Positions 58,954 to 64,000 of a DNA stretch of 64,000 bases are shown here, piece after piece. Under the pieces are notes generated by a model. The model was not told where the DNA came from. It was given only the letters and a program-made list of their open reading frames with translations, and made no database searches. This DNA is from Candidatus Yanofskybacteria bacterium CG10_big_fil_rev_8_21_14_0_10_36_16 (GTDB lineage Bacteria > Patescibacteriota > Minisyncoccia > 2-02-FULL-40-12 > IGHO2-01-FULL-4-A): positions 19,451 through 83,450 of the forward strand of contig PCXQ01000003.1 in assembly GCA_002794035.1 (NCBI GenBank), given 5' to 3'. A program made the position numbers and the translations under genes. The number at the start of each line of letters is the position of its first letter. The stretch's first letter is position 1.

Positions 58954-60723
58954 TTGAAAATTATTAAATTAGTGTTTTCAAAAATAAAAAAAATACCTCT
59001 GCCTGTTTTAATAGGCCTTTTTGTTTTTATATCAATTCATCTTTTGTTGGTGTCTAAAACGTTTTATGTAGATTCAGGTAATAATATTCATACAACCATT
59101 GCGGGGTATGGTGATACTGCTTTGCACATGACACAGATAAGCAAGTTCGCTTTTAGCAACATTACAAACTTATCGGAACCTATTTTTTATGGTGAAAAAT
59201 TAAATTACCCTTTTGCCATTAATTTTTTAAGTGCGATGTTTTTGCGTATGACTGGGGATTGGACATTTTCTTTCCTTGCCCCAGCTTTATTTTTTGCTTT
59301 TGTTAATACACTTCTTGCTTTTTGGATTTATAATATTTTTTTTCAAAATAAAAGTAAGTGGGCATTCGTTGGTCTTCTCGTTTTCTTTTTAGGTTCTGGT
59401 ATGGGCGGTTGGAATTATATTTTGGACATTAACAATTATAACTATTCACCATTTGGTTTTATTGAAGGATTAACGAAGGGTATGGCTACAACTGTAGGCC
59501 GTTGGGATGCGGTTTGGCCTGAACAAAACATTGGCTTTGGCTTGCCTTTATCTCTGGGGTTTATTCATCAAAGAGCTTTTTTTGCGGGATTTTTTGGTTT
59601 TTTGGTAATGTTCCTGCTTTTACTTAAGGGTATTAGAACTGAAAAAACAAAATATTATATTGGCGCAGGTTTGGCTTTGGGGTTTTTGCCAATACTACAC
59701 GCCCATTCTTTTGTGGCTGCATTAATTTCAGTTTTTGCTTTAGGAATAACTTTTTTAATAACAAACAAAAAAGAAAATTTAAAAAAGATTGCAACGGTAT
59801 TTGTTATTGGAGCAATAGTGAGTTTACCTCAGCTTTATTATGTTTTTGACATAGGAGCCAAAACCGCCACAACTGGATTTTTAGAACCTCGCCTTGGGTG
59901 GATGATAAATTCTGCACGTGGAGCAGCTCAGTTTCCTATTAACCAGCAGGCAACAATATTTAATTTTTCTTATCTTAAATTTGTTTGGGTAAATTTCGGT
60001 GTTATTTTGCCGGCATTTTTTATTTTTGTTTTGATCTTACTTTCAAAGCCAAAGTTGTTTGGAAGAGATAATTTTTTAATAATATTCTTTGCTTTAACTG
60101 CATCCTTGTTGTTTGCAATAGTTCAAACAATAAAATTTCAACCATGGGATTATGACAATAATAAACTTCTTGTTTATTTTCAATTTTTTTCAGTACCAGT
60201 CATTATTTTAATGTTTAAAAAATTGTATGAGCAAAAAAAGAAATTAGGTATAGCAGTACTTTCTATTTTTCTTTTGTTTGCGCTTTTTTCTGGTTTTATT
60301 GATTTAATTCCTCGTTTGGCAATAAATAAAAATTCTTTGCCTATAATTTTTAATAGTGATTCTCAAAAAATTGCCGAATATATTAAAATAAATGCATCTG
60401 AAGACGAAATAATATTAACAGGCACCACTCATTTAAATCCCGTAAATGCTTTGGCAGGGAGATCGGTTCTTGTTGGCTATCCGGGCTGGCTTTGGACAAG
60501 AGGTTTGGATTATAAAAAAAGGCTTAGAGAAGTAGCAGAATTTTACAAAAATCCTTCAGTAAGCAAAGATATAATTTTAGAATATCAGCCAGCCCTTATT
60601 TTGTTTGATCCTTATGTGGTTGAAGATTATTCTGCAGACAAAAAAGTTTTTGACGATAATTTTGAAAAAGTGTTTGAAAGCGGAGATTTTATTTTATATA
60701 AAAATAGTACTTTTACTAAATAG
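58954..60723 (+). CDS. GT-C-fold membrane glycosyltransferase-like protein (paralog A)
   Basis: Polytopic N-terminal half + soluble C-terminal domain; paralogous to 62153-63937 (shared GYGDTALHMTQ, FQPWDYDNNKLLVY, GYPGWLWTRG). Confidence 0.55.
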   Translation: MKIIKLVFSKIKKIPLPVLIGLFVFISIHLLLVSKTFYVDSGNNIHTTIAGYGDTALHMTQISKFAFSNITNLSEPIFYGEKLNYPFAINFLSAMFLRMTGDWTFSFLAPALFFAFVNTLLAFWIYNIFFQNKSKWAFVGLLVFFLGSGMGGWNYILDINNYNYSPFGFIEGLTKGMATTVGRWDAVWPEQNIGFGLPLSLGFIHQRAFFAGFFGFLVMFLLLLKGIRTEKTKYYIGAGLALGFLPILHAHSFVAALISVFALGITFLITNKKENLKKIATVFVIGAIVSLPQLYYVFDIGAKTATTGFLEPRLGWMINSARGAAQFPINQQATIFNFSYLKFVWVNFGVILPAFFIFVLILLSKPKLFGRDNFLIIFFALTASLLFAIVQTIKFQPWDYDNNKLLVYFQFFSVPVIILMFKKLYEQKKKLGIAVLSIFLLFALFSGFIDLIPRLAINKNSLPIIFNSDSQKIAEYIKINASEDEIILTGTTHLNPVNALAGRSVLVGYPGWLWTRGLDYKKRLREVAEFYKNPSVSKDIILEYQPALILFDPYVVEDYSADKKVFDDNFEKVFESGDFILYKNSTFTK

Positions 60724-60746
60724 ATATTCAATATATACTTAAAAAT

Positions 60747-62174
60747 ATGATAGATTTTAATAAAATTTCGACTAAGCATTACATAATTATTCTTTTGGTT
60801 GTGAGTTTTGCTGTGCACTTAATTTACTTCGGATATCCAAACAGTGTTGTTTTTGATGAGGTGCATTTTGGTAAATTCGTAAGTAATTATTTATCGGGTG
60901 AGTATTATTTTGATATACATCCTCCGTTGGGAAAACTTTTAATTTCCGGAGTCGCTAAGCTTGTTGGTTTTGAGCCCGACTTTGACTTTGCTTCAATTGG
61001 CGATGAGTTTCCTAATAGTCTTTATATATGGTTGCGTCTTTTGCCTACTATTGCCGGTATTATATTGTCTGTGGTTATTTTTCTTTTGGCTATGAAGTTG
61101 GGATTATCACCCATCATGTCTTTTGTTGCGGGTATTTTAGTTTCTTTAGATAACCTATTTCTGGTTCAATCACGTTTCATACTTCTGGATCTTTTTCTTG
61201 TTTTGTTTGGCTTCCTTTGTTTACTATTTTATTTTTATTTTAAAGATTTAGGTAAATATAGATACTTATTGTTGTCTGGGTTGTTTGGCGCTTTGTCATT
61301 TTCTGTTAAATGGACTGGAGCCACTTTTCTAGCCATGGTTATCTTTTTGTATGCAATAGATTTATATAGGTATAGAAAGGTAAGTATTTTACAGGGTATA
61401 TTTTCCAAAAGAACTTTATGGTTAGAAAATTTAGCTAGGGGAATAGGAGCATTAATTGTTTTGCCAGCATTAATTTATTTTTTGATTTTTTATTTGCATT
61501 TTGCTCTTTTATCAAAGTCAGGAACTGGAGATGCTTTTATGACCCCGGAATTTAGAAAGACCTTGGTTGGCAGTAGGGAGTATGGCAATCCTGAAATATC
61601 ACCGAAAAACATTGTGGGTAAGTTTGCCGAGATTAATGTTCAGATGTATAAATCAAATTCAGGTCTGTCGGCAACACACCCCTATTCTAGCAAATGGTAT
61701 TCTTGGCCATTAATGACAAAGCCTATTTTTTATTGGTCTGGTGATACTGAGGATCCCTCTACGCATTCAAGAATTTATCTTATGGGTAATCCTGCGATTT
61801 GGTGGACCTCAACAATTGTTGTTTTGATTTTTTCTTTATTGTTTATTGTTAGATTTTTAAAACATGGTTGGCTGGGATTTAAAATTCAAAAAACTCCGGC
61901 ATTTCTTCTAGGTGGATATTTCTTTAATTTGCTACCCTTTGCTTTAATTGGCCGTGTTCTTTTTCTATATCATTATATGAGTTCTTATATTTTCGCTATT
62001 TTGATTACGGTTTATATGCTTGATCAAAAGCCTGTTGATCAAAAAATTAACTGGTCGCTAGTTTTTGTAGGATTTGCCATTTCCTTTTTTATCTATTTTG
62101 CTCCTCTTTCATATGGGACACCACTTAATGAAGGAGCTTACAATGTTAGGGTTTGGTTGTCTACATGGCGTTAA
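60747..62174 (+). CDS. GT39/PMT-like (dolichyl-phosphate-mannose protein mannosyltransferase family) membrane glycosyltransferase
   Basis: N-terminal VFDEVHFGKFVSNYL...DIHPPLGKLLI loop motif diagnostic of GT-C PMT/ArnT-like enzymes. Confidence 0.7.
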   Translation: MIDFNKISTKHYIIILLVVSFAVHLIYFGYPNSVVFDEVHFGKFVSNYLSGEYYFDIHPPLGKLLISGVAKLVGFEPDFDFASIGDEFPNSLYIWLRLLPTIAGIILSVVIFLLAMKLGLSPIMSFVAGILVSLDNLFLVQSRFILLDLFLVLFGFLCLLFYFYFKDLGKYRYLLLSGLFGALSFSVKWTGATFLAMVIFLYAIDLYRYRKVSILQGIFSKRTLWLENLARGIGALIVLPALIYFLIFYLHFALLSKSGTGDAFMTPEFRKTLVGSREYGNPEISPKNIVGKFAEINVQMYKSNSGLSATHPYSSKWYSWPLMTKPIFYWSGDTEDPSTHSRIYLMGNPAIWWTSTIVVLIFSLLFIVRFLKHGWLGFKIQKTPAFLLGGYFFNLLPFALIGRVLFLYHYMSSYIFAILITVYMLDQKPVDQKINWSLVFVGFAISFFIYFAPLSYGTPLNEGAYNVRVWLSTWR

Positions 62175-63937
62175 ATTTTATTATTAATTTTCTAAAAAAA
62201 AATTTAAATAACAACAAAAAATATCTACCAGTTTTGCTGGTATTGATTTTTGCCATATTTCATACGTTTCTTGCTTCAAAGACTTTTAGTATTGATGATA
62301 ATGGTAATATACGAACCGCATTTGCTGCATTTGGAGATATACCTCTTCATATGACACAGGTTACTAAATTTGGTCTCAATGATTTAGATGATCTTAATGA
62401 ACCCATATATGCAGGCAGTAAATTAAAATACCCTTTCATAATTAATTTTTTTAGTGGTTTTTTGTTGAGAATTACCGGTAATCTTACATTTGCTATGCTT
62501 GTTCCTGTGTTTGTTCTTATAATTTTAAATGTTTTCATTGTATATTTAATATATAAAAAATTTACGGGTGGCAGGTGGCTAGCTTTGTTTGCTCTTTTAT
62601 TTTTCTTTTTAGGTTCTGGTTTGGGTGCGTGGTCTCATCTTCAGCATGCATTTGACAATAGTATGTCTTTGTCTGAATTTAATAATTATCTTTTAAGCAA
62701 CAATATAGCTACTGCGGTAAAGAACGATGCTGTTTACCCCGAACAAAATATTGGTTTTGGGGCACCGTTATCAATGTCCTTTCTTCATCAGCGCACATTT
62801 TTGCTTGGGCTCTTTGGTTTTTTGCTTTTTTTCTTATTAATAAATGTTAAGACAGATGATTTGAAGAAAAAACAAAGATGGATTTGGGCAGGTATTGTTC
62901 TCGGTGCTTTGCCCATGGCCCATGCTCATAGCTTTATTGCAACGGGCATTGTTCTTGGTTTGTCTTTGTTTGTTGCTCTTATAAATAAGAATTGGCAGCG
63001 CTTTAAATTTTTGTTTGCGATTGCAATGATTGCTTTCGTTATTGCATTGCCTCAGGTGTGGTATTTGATAGGAGACAATGATTCTTTTGGGGAGGATTCC
63101 GGTTTTATGCATTTACGAGTTGGCTGGATGACCGAGCCTTCTACGGGGTCTATTAGATATCCCGAAGGAATAGAACCCACAATTTGGCATACGGCATTTT
63201 TAAAATTTTTATGGGTAAATTTCGGTGTTATTTTGCCGGCATTTTTTGTTGCTGCTGTTTATGTTTTTTGGCCACGACAAATCAATAGCGTATACGGGAT
63301 TAAAAAAATGCGTTATTTTGCCTTGTTTGGACTCATGTTGTTTTTAGTGGTTCAATTTATAAAGTTTCAGCCGTGGGATTACGACAATAATAAACTGCTA
63401 GTTTATTGGCAGTTTTTTACAGCCGGTCTTTTAATGATGTTATTGGGTCGTATATATGAAAAGAAAAAGATTTTAGGCGTTGTTCTAACCTCAGTGTTTT
63501 TAGTCGCAGTTCTTGGTTCTGGTGTTGTCGACATGATTCCAAGAGCTATGGCTAATGGAGAATCTTTGTATGTAATATTTAACCTAGATGCCAGAAAAAT
63601 GGCTGAATACATCCATCTTAATATTCCAGAAAGTGAGATTATATTAACAGGAACTGCACACCTTAATCCGGTGAATTCTTTAGCTGGCAGAGAAGTTTGG
63701 GTTGGCTATCCAGGATGGCTTTGGACAAGAGGGATAAATTATAGTGACAGAATAAGGGATGTTAAAAATTTTTATACTGATCCGATTAGTGGTAAGTATT
63801 TTGTTGAGAAAGAAAACATTAACTATGCCTTATTTGATAATAGTGTCGTTTATGATTTTAATGCTAATAAGGAGATTTTTGATCAAAATTTTAGAAAAGT
63901 GTTTGAATCTGGAAGCTATACACTTTATGAGTTATGA
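62153..63937 (+). CDS. GT-C-fold membrane glycosyltransferase-like protein (paralog B)
   Basis: Paralog of 58954-60723 across full length. Confidence 0.55.
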   Translation: MVVYMALNFIINFLKKNLNNNKKYLPVLLVLIFAIFHTFLASKTFSIDDNGNIRTAFAAFGDIPLHMTQVTKFGLNDLDDLNEPIYAGSKLKYPFIINFFSGFLLRITGNLTFAMLVPVFVLIILNVFIVYLIYKKFTGGRWLALFALLFFFLGSGLGAWSHLQHAFDNSMSLSEFNNYLLSNNIATAVKNDAVYPEQNIGFGAPLSMSFLHQRTFLLGLFGFLLFFLLINVKTDDLKKKQRWIWAGIVLGALPMAHAHSFIATGIVLGLSLFVALINKNWQRFKFLFAIAMIAFVIALPQVWYLIGDNDSFGEDSGFMHLRVGWMTEPSTGSIRYPEGIEPTIWHTAFLKFLWVNFGVILPAFFVAAVYVFWPRQINSVYGIKKMRYFALFGLMLFLVVQFIKFQPWDYDNNKLLVYWQFFTAGLLMMLLGRIYEKKKILGVVLTSVFLVAVLGSGVVDMIPRAMANGESLYVIFNLDARKMAEYIHLNIPESEIILTGTAHLNPVNSLAGREVWVGYPGWLWTRGINYSDRIRDVKNFYTDPISGKYFVEKENINYALFDNSVVYDFNANKEIFDQNFRKVFESGSYTLYEL

Positions 63938-64000
63938 TGTTGCCTAATAAATTGTTAGAAAAAAAGCTTTTTAGGCAGGGATATAAACATATTATCGCTG

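Overview
This is a low-GC (~35%) bacterial chromosome segment using the standard genetic code; long ORFs read through without UGA recoding. Gene content suggests a Candidate Phyla Radiation / Patescibacteria-type genome, but the lineage is inferred and not verified. The evidence is a 16S rRNA gene that stands alone (not followed by 23S) and carries small lineage-type insertions, a ComEC gene split into two ORFs, DprA, many small hypothetical membrane proteins, and almost no biosynthetic genes. Housekeeping content, roughly in order: aminopeptidase, tRNA-Ala, murB, murA, tRNA-Arg, cca, tRNA-Pro, an RRM protein, tRNA-Ser, pth, lepB, hisS, a HIT protein, rpsU, yqeY, ybeY, ftsA, ftsZ, class II ribonucleotide reductase, split comEC, ndk, a mazG-like gene, secD, secF, a sigma-70 region 4 HTH protein, tRNA-Lys, lon, mgtC, parA, parB, topA, dprA, rpsP, a KH protein, trmD, an M50 protease, a standalone 16S rRNA, a SpoU methyltransferase, and a cluster of three GT-C glycosyltransferase-like membrane proteins. 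Most genes end in clear GC-stem/T-run intrinsic terminators. The non-canonical items, all unverified, are listed here and detailed in the findings. First, a membrane protein followed by a TM-less TraG/VirD4-like P-loop ATPase (29.6-32.5 kb) sits next to a tRNA-Lys that has a partial 5' duplicate interrupted by twin GC hairpins. Second, a 132-bp element is bounded by perfect 19-bp terminal inverted repeats (48.9 kb). Third, a module made of a long hairpin plus a consensus TTGACT-17-TAtAAT promoter occurs twice, upstream of the KH gene and upstream of the 16S rRNA. Fourth, four GC-rich structured non-coding stretches with their own terminators (16.8, 18.4, 33.7 and 52.4 kb) are candidate sRNAs or leaders. 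Fifth, the 3' end of tRNA-Arg is duplicated in front of cca. Sixth, MurA carries an N-terminal XRE-type HTH domain. Seventh, the same GGATTTTG tandem repeat is embedded in both topA and dprA coding sequences. No CRISPR array, integrase or transposase was found.
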